Source: Lachnospiraceae bacterium (GTDB lineage Bacteria > Bacillota > Clostridia > Lachnospirales > Lachnospiraceae). Taken from it: a stretch of DNA of 64,000 bases. The translations under genes and the position numbers were made by a program. Location of the stretch: contig SVDY01000006.1 of assembly GCA_015057665.1 (NCBI GenBank), positions 35,925 through 99,924 on the forward strand. Reading direction: 5' to 3'. Below the pieces are notes generated by a model. The model saw only the letters and a program-made list of their open reading frames with translations. It searched no databases and was not told the origin of the DNA. Positions 50,001 to 59,594 of the stretch are shown piece by piece; position 1 is the first letter of the stretch; every line of letters begins with the position of its first letter.

Positions 50001-50524
50001 ATATATTCCTGGTCCATATAGTCTTCGAAATCCTTCATAATAATGAAAAGTTCCGATAATTTCTCGTGAAGCAGGGTACCTTCCTTCTGCTTCTCTATCT
50101 GATTTTTCAGACTATCCTGAGTGATTCCATACTGATAGATTTCAGAAAAGAGGGACTTCATCTCATCGATAAATCCCATCTTATCTCTGTTTGCGCCAAA
50201 CAACGGAAGATCCTTCTTACGGTTTCCAAGAATCTTTTGAAGAACCATGCTTTTCCCTAGGTCTTCAAGAATAACACCCGGCTCGGCTGCCAGTTCCTCA
50301 AAAATTCTGTATGCCAGCCTCCGGAAACTTAAGATATCTATATTCATGGTGCCATGGTTTGGATGCATGCCAATGACAGTTTTCTGCGTGTCCAGCGTAA
50401 ACTGGTCCGGTGTAATCAGCAGGTAATTTACTGACGGATTTTTTAAAGATTCTTCTATTATATATTGATATAAGACGGTGGATTTACCACTGCCGCTTCT
50501 TCCAATCATACATCTGAGTGCCAT
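47099..50524 (-). CDS. addB: helicase-exonuclease AddAB subunit AddB
   Basis: Walker A GRSGSGKS, C-terminal nuclease with Cys cluster (CDYCDYKGIC); start ambiguous between tandem ATGs at 50527 and 50524. Confidence 0.9.
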   Translation of the reverse strand: MALRCMIGRSGSGKSTVLYQYIIEESLKNPSVNYLLITPDQFTLDTQKTVIGMHPNHGTMNIDILSFRRLAYRIFEELAAEPGVILEDLGKSMVLQKILGNRKKDLPLFGANRDKMGFIDEMKSLFSEIYQYGITQDSLKNQIEKQKEGTLLHEKLSELFIIMKDFEDYMDQEYIVAEQLLTVLGRRAFESNILKNSVVVLDGFTGFTPVQYDLLAEIMPICKDMFVAVTMDESEAGFRQILDYELFAVSKETITKLKQIAKEQAVPVLEDWIVRPEDNKCNVTGKREDGSSKRTSRFVQGSELDFLERTLFRPGNHTYERPTEQILVRQLADPEEEALFAARTISRLVREEGLRYRDIGIISGDLSRYGMRLCRIFKEYEIPCFLDDTTGMRSHPLVESIRGIFALFEYDFSYESVCHYVKNGMTDIEMEDGDALDNYLLATGLRGYGAYTAPFRRKPRRMGDKICAQAEKARGQLYEELKELAPVFRKKRAMVKEYLEALYFYMVKMQYEEKMEAAAAGFEEKGEYVFMSAYSQVYGLIIGLFDKIAGILGEEELELSELRKIMDAGLEQLELGVIPPGPDQVVIGDVERTRLNRLKILFFLGVNEGIIPKPEKGGGILSDSDREELLQADFSLAPGGRKNTALEQFYLYLNMTKPSEKLYLTLASVDQEGKSIRPSYLIGRLKLLFPQLTMGEGLEEKREYYTARSSLSYVRQGLDSWFAGKADKEDEALLHWLFRTDEGKQWIEDALKGRFYTNGEKGLSLEAAKAIYGLRMETSVTRLESYAGCAFAHFLKYGLVLNSRQKYQIQSADLGQILHRCLELFAKEAKKRGQGLRFMEAETRDALAVECLRRAVEDYDSAIFHSSARNEACIERMERLVKRTAWALCEQLKKSDFEPAELEWRFQSRKDLEAVKLSLNHGASLELRGVIDRIDYYEDEDNLYLKVTDYKSGMKMFQLADIYHGLSLQLVVYLNAAMEKASMDQKKTVVPAGIFYFHIQDPLVELEKASGAEEALLSQFDLSGLVLGEKEVVEHLDFGEEKSIPVSYKKDGTFTAVSNIATRDQFEALGNYVKKQLAAYGNEILDGNIAIEPYREDKRTACDYCDYKGICGFDPSFEGNRYRKIKKIDKKDLWNQIEERR

Positions 50525-50661
50525 CATTCCCTCCGGTTCTCTATCATTTGCAGATTTCTCTGCACAAATAAGGGTCATAATCTTTTGCTTCCCATCATAT
50601 CATATATCAGGTCTCGAGAAGGGACTTGAATTATGTTAATTCAGAAAGGGCATATTATAAT

Positions 50662-51099
50662 ATGGGAGCAAATACAAAAATATTCGTTTTTAAAGCCAAA
50701 GAACTCATCTACACAGGAATTTTTGTTCTTCTCGGCGTCCTCTTTCTTTTACTTCTTATCTTTATGTTTCTTCCTAAACAGGATCAGTCAAATGAGACAG
50801 AGCCTGCCATGGATTACATAGCAGGCATCTATTCATCCTCTATCCATCTGGGCGGCTCTTCTCTGGATGTAAAAGTCACAGTTACAGATGACAAAGTCAC
50901 TTCCATATCCCTTTCCGGCTTAAATGATGCGGTTTCCACCATGTATCCGCTTCTTGAGCAGGCTGTAAATGATATTAACAGCCAATTGGAAACCGTGAAT
51001 TCCATTGAGGACCTGACCTTTGACAGTGAAAGCCAATATACAAATACACTTTTAAAACAGGCTATCCAAAATGCCATAGCAAAAGCACATGCCGATTAA
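50662..51099 (+). CDS. hypothetical membrane-anchored protein (possible FMN-binding-like domain)
   Basis: N-terminal TM helix, then a small extracytoplasmic domain (GIYSSSIHLGGSSLDVKVTVTDDKVTSISL); start uncertain. Confidence 0.5.
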   Translation: MGANTKIFVFKAKELIYTGIFVLLGVLFLLLLIFMFLPKQDQSNETEPAMDYIAGIYSSSIHLGGSSLDVKVTVTDDKVTSISLSGLNDAVSTMYPLLEQAVNDINSQLETVNSIEDLTFDSESQYTNTLLKQAIQNAIAKAHAD

Positions 51100-51155
51100 A
51101 AAAAATTTTCCACATGACAAAAATAGGGGTTGTTGTAACAACCCCTGTTTTCATT

Positions 51156-53063
51156 CTATTCAATACCTAATTCTTCTTTCAGTTCATCCATCTGTTTCAT
51201 CCAGGCTGCGGAGCTTACATCGCTTCCCATCTTAAAGCTGCCGCGTGGAGAGATATCTACGCTGCCCACTTTTGGACCGTCTGGAAGACAGGAACGTTTA
51301 TACTGCTGAGCAAAGAATCTCCAGCAGAATGTGCGGAGCCATTTGTAAATAACAAACTGATCATATTCTCCTTCAAATGTCTGTAAAGCGATTCGGAAGA
51401 TTTTCTTAGGTGTAAATCCAAATCGGAGCATATAATATAAGAAGAAATCATGAAGCTCATAAGGGCCGACCAGATCTTCTGTTTTCTGTGCAATCTCGCC
51501 GTCAACAGGTGGAAGAAGTTCCGGGCTGACCGGTGTATCTACCACATCAAGAAGGCTTCTCTTAAGGCCTTCCTGTTCTGTCATCTCTGCCGCATAAGTA
51601 ACGATGTGGCGTACTAACATCTTAGGAACATCTCCATTTACACAGTACATAGACATGTGGTCTCCATTGTAAGTGGCCCATCCAAGTGCAAGTTCGGATA
51701 AATCACCGGTTCCGATTACCATACCATTGTTATCATTGGCAATATCCATAATAACCTGGGTTCTCTCACGGGCCTGGGCATTTTCATAAGCTACATTTCT
51801 TACGTTCATATCATGTCCGATATCTTCGAAATGCTGGGTTACCGCTTTCATAATATTCACTTCACGGAGAGTTGCTCCAAGTTCTTTTGTCATAGTCAGG
51901 GCGTTCTGATAAGTTCTGTCTGTTGTACCAAAACAAGGCATAGTCACGCAGATCATCTTCTCTCTTGGCATGCCAAGCATATCAAAGGCTCTTGCGGTTA
52001 CTAAAAGGGCAAGGGTAGAATCCAGACCGCCGGAGATACCGATCACTGCTGTCTGGGCACGGGCATGGGAAAGTCTCTTCTTAAGGCCAAGAGCCTGCAT
52101 GGTGAGAATCTCCTCACAGCGTCTTGCACGTTCTTCTTTGTCTTCCGGAATAAACGGTGTCTTACTGAACGTTCTGGTAAGAGGGGTTTCTTCCTTCGCC
52201 ATGACAAATTCAACTACATCATAATATTCATTGGAATTATTCTTAAATCCTGCGTTCTTTCTGCGTTCACCGGCAAGAAGGTTTACATCGATATCCCCAA
52301 TGATCATGCCGTTTTCAAAGCGTTTTCCTTCTGACAGGACGGTACCGTTCTCGCAAATGAGATTTTGTCCGCCGAAAATGAAATCTGTTGTGGATTCTCC
52401 TTCTCCCGCCTCTGCATATACATAAGCTGCAGCCAGTTTCCCGGACTGGACAGCCAGAAGATTTCTTCTATAATCACCTTTTGTTGCTGTCTCGAAAGTA
52501 GCCGCCGGTGCGGCAATGACAGTTGCCCCTGCCAGAGCATGGGATGCTGCCGGAGAAACCGGTGCCCATACGTCATCACCGATCTCACATGCAAATGTGA
52601 AGTTTCTCATAGCCGCGCACTGGAATAAAATGTTGCATCCAAAAGGAACTGTCTCTCCAAGGAAGCTGATCCATTCTGCATCTTTTGCCCCTTTTGCAAA
52701 CCATTCTGCCGCGTTCGCTTTTGGAACAATACCAAGTACACTGCCTTTATAAATAACCACTGCACAGTTGTAGAGCTGTCCCATCAGGAACAGAGGGGCA
52801 CCTACCACAGTAAGCATCTCCTGTTCTTTGGAACATTCTTTTATCAATACAAGCTCGTCCATGACCTGATCAAGCAATACATCCTGAGTGAATAATACAC
52901 CGCAGGTTGCACTGGAAAGGCAGAGTTCAGGGAATACAATCAGTTTCACCTGTTCTGCTGCCGCTTTTGTCATGGATTCTCTTACCATCTTTCCATTAAA
53001 TAAAGGGTCGGCCACCAATACGTCCGGTGTCACAGCCGCTGTTTTAATATAACCATACTTCAT
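51156..53063 (-). CDS. nadE: glutamine-dependent NAD(+) synthetase
   Basis: 635 aa; N-terminal CN-hydrolase domain and C-terminal synthetase with SGGLDS PP-loop. Confidence 0.9.
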   Translation of the reverse strand: MKYGYIKTAAVTPDVLVADPLFNGKMVRESMTKAAAEQVKLIVFPELCLSSATCGVLFTQDVLLDQVMDELVLIKECSKEQEMLTVVGAPLFLMGQLYNCAVVIYKGSVLGIVPKANAAEWFAKGAKDAEWISFLGETVPFGCNILFQCAAMRNFTFACEIGDDVWAPVSPAASHALAGATVIAAPAATFETATKGDYRRNLLAVQSGKLAAAYVYAEAGEGESTTDFIFGGQNLICENGTVLSEGKRFENGMIIGDIDVNLLAGERRKNAGFKNNSNEYYDVVEFVMAKEETPLTRTFSKTPFIPEDKEERARRCEEILTMQALGLKKRLSHARAQTAVIGISGGLDSTLALLVTARAFDMLGMPREKMICVTMPCFGTTDRTYQNALTMTKELGATLREVNIMKAVTQHFEDIGHDMNVRNVAYENAQARERTQVIMDIANDNNGMVIGTGDLSELALGWATYNGDHMSMYCVNGDVPKMLVRHIVTYAAEMTEQEGLKRSLLDVVDTPVSPELLPPVDGEIAQKTEDLVGPYELHDFFLYYMLRFGFTPKKIFRIALQTFEGEYDQFVIYKWLRTFCWRFFAQQYKRSCLPDGPKVGSVDISPRGSFKMGSDVSSAAWMKQMDELKEELGIE

Positions 53064-53208
53064 TTTTCTTACACCCTTTCTTAAATACTTTTCCTATTCT
53101 TTATATTTTACCAACATCGGGCACCTTTAATCAAGTAGGAAGTGGCATCCAAATGTATAAAATCTCCTCGTTTCATACATTTGGCCTGCCACTTTATCAT
53201 GATATTTT

Positions 53209-53910
53209 TTAGAAAAGCACAGCAAGCCAATCCGCAGCCGGCACAAGCACCATAGGCAGAAAAATCGCCGGCAGATAATTCATCAGTTTCAGTTTCGTAA
53301 GTCCGATCATGTTAAGACCTAAACCGAAAATCAAAAGTCCTCCTGCGCATGTCATCTCCGCAATCACCGCATCTGTAAGAAGAGGTGCAATCCACTGGGC
53401 CAGCAAAGTAATGCTGCCCTGAAACACAAACACAAATGCCGCTGAAAATAAAACACCGATTCCCAGAGAGGATGCATATACCATAGAAGAAACAAAATCA
53501 AGAGTCGCCTTTGTAAAAAGCATTGTATGATCACCGATAAGTCCGCTCTGTAAAGAACCAACAATGGTCATAGCTCCAACGCAGAATACAAGACTGGCTG
53601 TAATAAACCCTTCTGCAATAGAAACCTTCTCTCCCTCTCGTTTAAACTTATTCTCAAGTCCCTGGGCAAATCCATTCAGTTTTCCATCCAGATCTAATGT
53701 GCCGCCAATAATAACGCCCAGCACAATGGAAATAATCGTTATCAATACGTTTTGCCCTTCCAGAGCACTGGTAATTCCGATAAACATAGAACAAAGTGCC
53801 AATCCTTTCAGCATCATATCAGCGATATCTTCTCTGATTCCCTTCTTTAAAAACAATCCTATGCAGCTTCCTGCCACTACCGTAGCAACATTCACTATCG
53901 TACCTAACAT
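53209..53910 (-). CDS. DUF554 family membrane protein
   Basis: MLGTIVNVATVVAGSCIGL... typical DUF554 N-terminus; multi-TM; start set at the Met with an AAGGA SD. Confidence 0.8.
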   Translation of the reverse strand: MLGTIVNVATVVAGSCIGLFLKKGIREDIADMMLKGLALCSMFIGITSALEGQNVLITIISIVLGVIIGGTLDLDGKLNGFAQGLENKFKREGEKVSIAEGFITASLVFCVGAMTIVGSLQSGLIGDHTMLFTKATLDFVSSMVYASSLGIGVLFSAAFVFVFQGSITLLAQWIAPLLTDAVIAEMTCAGGLLIFGLGLNMIGLTKLKLMNYLPAIFLPMVLVPAADWLAVLF

Positions 53911-54000
53911 TTTTATCCTTCTTTCTGTCTGTTGTCTCAAAAGAAACAGCCCCGGATTCCTGCCGGAACCCGAAGCTGATATTCCTTTTTCAAAGGCATG

Positions 54001-54756
54001 TTAATCAATCACATGACTCATATTGTAAAGTCCCGCCGGTTTTCCAGCCAGATATACGGCCGCCTGAAGCGCCCCTTTTCCAAACACTGCTTTGGAATAG
54101 GCTGTATGCTTAAATTCAATCACTTCATCAGTTCCGGCAAAAATCACTTCGTGCTCTCCAACGATAGTGCCGCCTCTTACTGCAGAAAGGCCGATCTCAT
54201 TTTTCGGACGCTGCATTCTTCTGTCACTTCTGTCATAAACATAGCCGAATTTGTCTTCTAATCCTTCATTTACAGCATCTGCAAGGGCAATGGCTGTTCC
54301 GGACGGAGCATCCACTTTCTTTCTATGATGCTTCTCCACGATGTCAATGTCAAATCCTGCTTCGGAAAGAAGCCCGGATACCTGAGACAGAATCTTCATT
54401 AATGTGTTAATACCAAGAGACATGTTGGCAGATCTTAAAACTGCCACTTTCTTACTTGCTTCTTCTACTTTTGCAAGCTGTTCAAAAGAAAGTCCTGTGG
54501 TACATAATACAAGAGGAATCTGTTCCTCTGCTGCATAATCGAGAAGATGATCTACTGCTGATGCTGTGGAAAAATCAATGATAACATCCACTTCCGCATT
54601 ACAATCTTCCAATGTTTGAAAAACAGGATATTCGACGCCATCCTGACAGAATGGATCAATTCCCGCCACGATCTGTGCACCCTCCATCTCTTTTACAAGA
54701 TTGCTGATGACACGACCCATAGCACCGCCGCATCCATGCATTAAAATCTTTGTCAT
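54001..54756 (-). CDS. dapB: 4-hydroxy-tetrahydrodipicolinate reductase
   Basis: 251 aa; GCGGAMG Rossmann motif, EKHHRKKVDAPSGTA motif. Confidence 0.9.
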   Translation of the reverse strand: MTKILMHGCGGAMGRVISNLVKEMEGAQIVAGIDPFCQDGVEYPVFQTLEDCNAEVDVIIDFSTASAVDHLLDYAAEEQIPLVLCTTGLSFEQLAKVEEASKKVAVLRSANMSLGINTLMKILSQVSGLLSEAGFDIDIVEKHHRKKVDAPSGTAIALADAVNEGLEDKFGYVYDRSDRRMQRPKNEIGLSAVRGGTIVGEHEVIFAGTDEVIEFKHTAYSKAVFGKGALQAAVYLAGKPAGLYNMSHVID

Positions 54757-54777
54757 TGTCCTACCTCCCGGTCACAG

Positions 54778-55665
54778 CTAAGCGATAATGCCAAGTTTCT
54801 TCATCTCAGCTGCCAGTTTTACTGCATTTTCATCTTCCATCTCTGTGAGAGGTCTTCTTACCAGACCATTGCACATGCCCATTAACTGAACTGCCTTCTT
54901 TACAGGAATTGGGTTTACTTCGCAGAATAAAGCTTTGCAAAGGTCAAGGTATTTCATCTGAAGTTCTAAACTTCCCTTTACATCACCTGCCAGATATTTT
55001 GCACAGATATCATGAGTCTCTTTTGGTACAACGTTGGAAAGAACGGAGATAACACCAAGACCGCCAAGTGACATAATAGGCACGATCTGATCATCGTTAC
55101 CGGAATATAAATCAATATCACCATTTGTTCTGTTCATTAATTCTGCAACCTGAGAAATGTTTCCGCTTGCTTCTTTCATGGCAACAACGTTATCCGCTTC
55201 TTTCACAATCTGAGCTGCTGTTGCAGGTGCAATATTACAGCCTGTTCTTCCAGGTACATTATACATAATAAGCGGAATATCAACAGAAGCTGCGATAGTC
55301 TTATAATACTCTGCAAGTCCTTTCTGAGTTGCTTTGTTGTAATAAGGTGTCACAACTAATGCTGCGTCTGCGCCGGCTTTCTGAGCTTCCTTTGTCAGAT
55401 AAATTGCCTCATCTGTACAGTTGGAACCTGTTCCTGCTACAACAGGAACTCTCTTATTTACATAAGATGCACAAGCACGGATTACTTCAATATGTTCTTC
55501 ATGAGACATTGTAGAAGATTCACCTGTTGTACCGCAGATAATAATACTGTCTGTACCATTGTCGATCTGATAATCAATTAATTTCTCAAGCTGCTCGTAA
55601 TCAACGGAAAGATCCTCTTTAAACGGTGTTACAATTGCTACTCCTGCGCCTTTAAAAATTGCCAT
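54778..55665 (-). CDS. dapA: 4-hydroxy-tetrahydrodipicolinate synthase
   Basis: MAIFKGAGVAIVTPF..., GTTGES, active-site K in AMKEASG; GGAGG SD. Confidence 0.95.
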   Translation of the reverse strand: MAIFKGAGVAIVTPFKEDLSVDYEQLEKLIDYQIDNGTDSIIICGTTGESSTMSHEEHIEVIRACASYVNKRVPVVAGTGSNCTDEAIYLTKEAQKAGADAALVVTPYYNKATQKGLAEYYKTIAASVDIPLIMYNVPGRTGCNIAPATAAQIVKEADNVVAMKEASGNISQVAELMNRTNGDIDLYSGNDDQIVPIMSLGGLGVISVLSNVVPKETHDICAKYLAGDVKGSLELQMKYLDLCKALFCEVNPIPVKKAVQLMGMCNGLVRRPLTEMEDENAVKLAAEMKKLGIIA

Positions 55666-55888
55666 GTCTGATTCCTCCATTATGCTTTATCAATTCTGTA
55701 TTTCGTTATCCGATATCAATCCAAATATTCTTTCGCATACAAACAGGCCGGTACAGCACAAGCTGCCGACCTGTTATGGCTGTTTCACGAATACCCTAAA
55801 CAAATATTTGAAAAAAATAATGAATTAATGATAGCATTCACGAAAGGAAAAGTCAACCACTTTCACTTTTTCTCTTTAAATTAATGCA

Positions 55889-56521
55889 TTATTCGTCCCC
55901 GTCTTTCAGTTCCAGTTTATTCACCGATACTTCATATGCGATCCGGCTCACGACGGCTTCCTCGCCTACTTTTTTCTGATACTCTCTGCTCTGAATCCGT
56001 CCCCAGACCTGAATCCGTTCTCCTACATCCAGTTTCCCTGCAAATCTGGCATTCCTCCCCCAGCAGATGCACGGTATGTAGTCTGATTTTCCGTAAGCCC
56101 GGTTTACCGCAAGCAAAAGATCTGCGATTTCCCTTCCCAGAGGAGTCATACGGTATACCGGCTGTTTACAGATATAACCGTCCAGAAAAATACTGTTGGG
56201 TTTTCTGTTCCCGATTTCATCAATAAATTCCAGTTCCCGGACAAACATGGACAAAATCAGATGATTTCTGTTTTCCTCGTGGCGGTTATAGGAGCGAAAC
56301 TGCCCTCTTGCTTCCACTTTCTGTCCCACGTAATTCCCATTCACATCTACTAAACGCTCTGAGATCATTAAAGGAATCACATCATCTGCATCACTTAAAC
56401 GGTTCACAAGCAGTTTCACCGTATAAAAGCCTTCTCCGAATATTTCATGGCTGAATTCAAAATCCGAAATGATTTCACCTGCCACAACAACCTGATTATT
56501 TTTGAATATTTTTTCTGTCAT
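55889..56521 (-). CDS. tandem OB-fold, SSB-like protein
   Basis: 210 aa; two repeats with SSB-like pattern (N.V...G.I.......H...GE.FY; second repeat TPLGREIADLLLAVNR..KSDYIPCICWGRNA); no canonical acidic DDxxPF tail. Confidence 0.6.
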   Translation of the reverse strand: MTEKIFKNNQVVVAGEIISDFEFSHEIFGEGFYTVKLLVNRLSDADDVIPLMISERLVDVNGNYVGQKVEARGQFRSYNRHEENRNHLILSMFVRELEFIDEIGNRKPNSIFLDGYICKQPVYRMTPLGREIADLLLAVNRAYGKSDYIPCICWGRNARFAGKLDVGERIQVWGRIQSREYQKKVGEEAVVSRIAYEVSVNKLELKDGDE

Positions 56522-56768
56522 ATTCTTTCTCCCTTCCATGTACATAAATAATTTCCTTATTAGTTTGATTACTTTTTATATCTATGTAATTTTAGGCAGA
56601 AATATACGCAGAAAGGAATTACTTTCTACCGATATTCTTCGACAGAATCCTCTCTTCTCACTTCCCTCCTACAGCCAAAATGTATCATAAAAAAACTGTT
56701 TTTTCCTTTTCTATTTCAGCTGATAGTTGTATAATAAGACTAGAATATTATGCGGTAGGAGGCGTTTT

Positions 56769-58046
56769 ATGATCATATTAGACAAAAACAATATTATTTC
56801 ATATCTGAAAGAACGTATGCCGGATATTGATTTTTCCGGTGAAACAAGCATTACTGCTATCGGTGATGGTTCCCAGACAGCGGAAGAAGCAGGGGACGGC
56901 TATGTGAATTTTATCTTCATCGTTCGTACAAAGGATCATTCCTTTGTTGTAAAACAGTCCCGTGAAGCTGCGCGTATGTCCGGCGGCCAGATGCCTCTTA
57001 CAAGAAACCATCTGGAATTCGACGCAATGAAAGTATTCAATGCCATTGCACCAAATTATGTGCCTAAGGTCTATTTCATTGATGATGTAAACCGTGTTTT
57101 TGTCATGGAAGATGCTTCCACAGAGGGAAGAATGATTGCCCGTTTCCAGTTCAACCAGAACCGTACCTTCCCTGGATTTGCCAGACATTGCGGCCGTTAT
57201 ATGGCTGATACAGATTTTTACACCTCCGAACTCTACCTTGATACACCGGACTTCCGCGCCCTCACCTGCCGTTTTATGAATGCGGATATGCGTCCAATCA
57301 TGGAAGACGGACTCTTTATCAACATGTTCGGCACTCCATACGATTCCACTCTCGGGGAAGAGTTCCAGGCTTTTGCCAAATCCATCACAGAAGATCCTGC
57401 CTATTTAACAGAACGCCATAAGATGCGCCATATCTATATGACTAAGGCTGAATGCCTCATTCATGCAGACTTACATACATCCAACCTTTTTGCAGGTCTC
57501 GATTCTCTTAAGGTAATTGACATGGAATTTACTTTCTGTGGACCATTCTCCTACGATCTGGGTTACTTAATCGGCAATCTTGTATCCCAGTACGCTTCCG
57601 CATGTTACAGAGATTTCCCATCCGAACAGGAGAGACTGGAATTTAAAGCCTACCTTCTTGCAACTATGGTTGAATTGTATGAGACATATGTGGATCGTTT
57701 CACAGACAACTGGGTAAAATACGGCAAATCCATCTACCAGGATGTTCCCGGGCTCATGGATGCTTTCCGTCAGAACATTCTTCTCGAGATGCCGGGATTC
57801 GCATCCATCGTAAACTGGTTCCGTATCGCAGGAGAGATTCCTTATCCTGATTTTGATATGATTACTGATCTTGATAAGAAGAGAGATGCCATGGCCATGT
57901 CTCTTATGATGGACTGGCAGATCATGTTTAACAGATATAATTACAAGAACATCAACGACTTCATCGATGATTTATTATACATTGAGAAGAACTACAGTTC
58001 CAAAAAGTGGACGAAGAAAGCTTCGCCAATTAAAAAACCTGAATAA
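56769..58046 (+). CDS. methylthioribose kinase-like phosphotransferase (APH/MtnK family)
   Basis: 425 aa; GDG.VNFIF.V, VKQS, VMED and HADLHTSN motifs as in MtnK; AGGAGG SD. Confidence 0.75.
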   Translation: MIILDKNNIISYLKERMPDIDFSGETSITAIGDGSQTAEEAGDGYVNFIFIVRTKDHSFVVKQSREAARMSGGQMPLTRNHLEFDAMKVFNAIAPNYVPKVYFIDDVNRVFVMEDASTEGRMIARFQFNQNRTFPGFARHCGRYMADTDFYTSELYLDTPDFRALTCRFMNADMRPIMEDGLFINMFGTPYDSTLGEEFQAFAKSITEDPAYLTERHKMRHIYMTKAECLIHADLHTSNLFAGLDSLKVIDMEFTFCGPFSYDLGYLIGNLVSQYASACYRDFPSEQERLEFKAYLLATMVELYETYVDRFTDNWVKYGKSIYQDVPGLMDAFRQNILLEMPGFASIVNWFRIAGEIPYPDFDMITDLDKKRDAMAMSLMMDWQIMFNRYNYKNINDFIDDLLYIEKNYSSKKWTKKASPIKKPE

Positions 58047-58050
58047 AACA

Positions 58051-58079
58051 AAAAAGTCCGTATGTTACGGACTTTTTTT
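58051..58079. terminator. bidirectional Rho-independent terminator
   Basis: AAAAAGTCCGTA tgt TACGGACTTTTTTT. Confidence 0.75.
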
Positions 58080-58083
58080 AATA

Positions 58084-58156
58084 AGCTGCCGAGCGGAATC
58101 GAACCGCCGACCTCTACCTTACCAAGGTAACGCTCTACCGACTGAGCCACGGCAGC
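58084..58156 (-). tRNA. tRNA-Thr (anticodon GGT)
   Basis: 73-nt cloverleaf folded by hand: acceptor GCTGCCG/CGGCAGC, D arm GCTC/GAGC, anticodon loop TTGGTAA, T arm GGCGG-TTCGATT-CCGCT; CCA not encoded. Confidence 0.9.
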
Positions 58157-58160
58157 AACT

Positions 58161-58784
58161 CTATGTGTGGAGAGTGAACTTCCTGCGGATTCTCTGAATG
58201 GCATTATCAATTGCCTTTCTCGTCCGATTCAGTTCCAAGGCTATGTCATCGTAGCTTCTTCCCTCTAAATAAAGGTTCAAAACCTTCTTTTCATAACCGG
58301 TCAGCCTCTCAACAATAACAGATTCTATCATATCTGCCTGTTCTCTGTCAAGGACTATTTTCTCCGGGTTCGCATTCTTCTCATCAGCAAAAATCGTATC
58401 TTCAACCGTTTGTTCCTTATACCCATTCCGGTCAGCGCTCTCCACAAAGACCGGTTCGTCAAAGGAAACGTAGGTATTTAAAGGCTGATGTTTTTTACGA
58501 TTGGAAGCGGTCACGGCAGAATACATCTGTCTCCTGACGCAGATTCTGGCAAAGGACGCAAAACTGGCATCCCGGCCGTTTTCATAGGCCCGGATTGCCT
58601 GAAGAAGTCCGATCATGCCTTCCTGAATCAGATCTTCTTCGTCAGATCCTATGAGATACATTTTTCTGGCTTCCTGTTTTACCATCCCTCTGTATTTTCT
58701 CATAAGATGATCCATGGCTTCTGCATCCTGCTGCCGGATCATTTCTATTATCTTTTCATCTTCCACATTGTGGTATTCTTTCAT
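58161..58784 (-). CDS. sigH: RNA polymerase sporulation sigma factor SigH
   Basis: 207 aa; close to B. subtilis SigH (EDLIQEGMIGLLQAIR, KKHQPLN); conserved cysS-mrnC-rlmB-sigH context. Confidence 0.85.
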   Translation of the reverse strand: MKEYHNVEDEKIIEMIRQQDAEAMDHLMRKYRGMVKQEARKMYLIGSDEEDLIQEGMIGLLQAIRAYENGRDASFASFARICVRRQMYSAVTASNRKKHQPLNTYVSFDEPVFVESADRNGYKEQTVEDTIFADEKNANPEKIVLDREQADMIESVIVERLTGYEKKVLNLYLEGRSYDDIALELNRTRKAIDNAIQRIRRKFTLHT

Positions 58785-58785
58785 G

Positions 58786-59523
58786 TTATCCTCTCTGTCT
58801 TACAATCTCGTAAGCAAGGATGCCTGCTGCTACAGATGCATTGAGAGAATCAATATCTCCCTTCATCGGAATCGAAGCAACCATGTCACAGTTCTCACGG
58901 ACCAAACGGCTTACGCCTTCTCCTTCACTGCCAATGACAAGACCGATAGGACCTGTCATATTAAGGTCATACATCTTTGTACCGTCCATATCTGCACAGA
59001 CAAACCAGAGACCCTTTTCTTTTAAATCATCCATCGTCTTCTTTAAGTTTGTAACTTTCGCAACCGGTGTATAATTGATTGCGCCGCAGGAAGTTCTCGC
59101 AACAACTGCAGTCAGTCCTACCGCTCTTCTTTTTGGAATGATAATTCCGTGGGCACCGCTTAAATTGGCAGTACGAAGGATAGCCCCAAGGTTATGAGGA
59201 TCTTCGATGCCGTCAAGGAGAATAATAAATGGATCTTCCCCTTTTTCCCGCGCTTTTGCTAAAATTTCTTCCACGGAAGCGTATTCGTAAGCAGCTGCCT
59301 GAGCCAGGACACCCTGGTGTTTTCCTGTGGAAGAAAGCTGATCCAGACGTTCCTTTGTCACAAACTGGATAAGCGTATCATGCTTCTTCGCTTCTCTAAC
59401 AATCGTACGGACCGGACCATCCTGGCAGCCGTCCAATACGTATAATTTGTCAATTGTTTTGCCGGAACGAAATGCCTCAATGACCGCATTTCTTCCCTCA
59501 ATTGTATATTCTTCGTAACTCAA
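58786..59523 (-). CDS. rlmB: 23S rRNA (guanosine2251-2'-O)-methyltransferase RlmB (TrmH family)
   Basis: 245 aa; SPOUT motifs (DPHNLGAILRTA, GSEGEG, SLNASVAAGI). Confidence 0.9.
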   Translation of the reverse strand: MSYEEYTIEGRNAVIEAFRSGKTIDKLYVLDGCQDGPVRTIVREAKKHDTLIQFVTKERLDQLSSTGKHQGVLAQAAAYEYASVEEILAKAREKGEDPFIILLDGIEDPHNLGAILRTANLSGAHGIIIPKRRAVGLTAVVARTSCGAINYTPVAKVTNLKKTMDDLKEKGLWFVCADMDGTKMYDLNMTGPIGLVIGSEGEGVSRLVRENCDMVASIPMKGDIDSLNASVAAGILAYEIVRQRG

Positions 59524-59594
59524 ATGTCGTTCTCCTGTTTTTTCTGGCGGGATGGTTCATGGCCGTCTGCCATACAGAGTAAAAACAAGGCTGC

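Noticed and set aside
55681-55888. Lysine riboswitch (L-box) upstream of dapA
   Set aside because: I could not find the conserved L-box helices or motifs. The region contains only the terminator of the upstream SSB-like gene and AT-rich promoter-like sequence.
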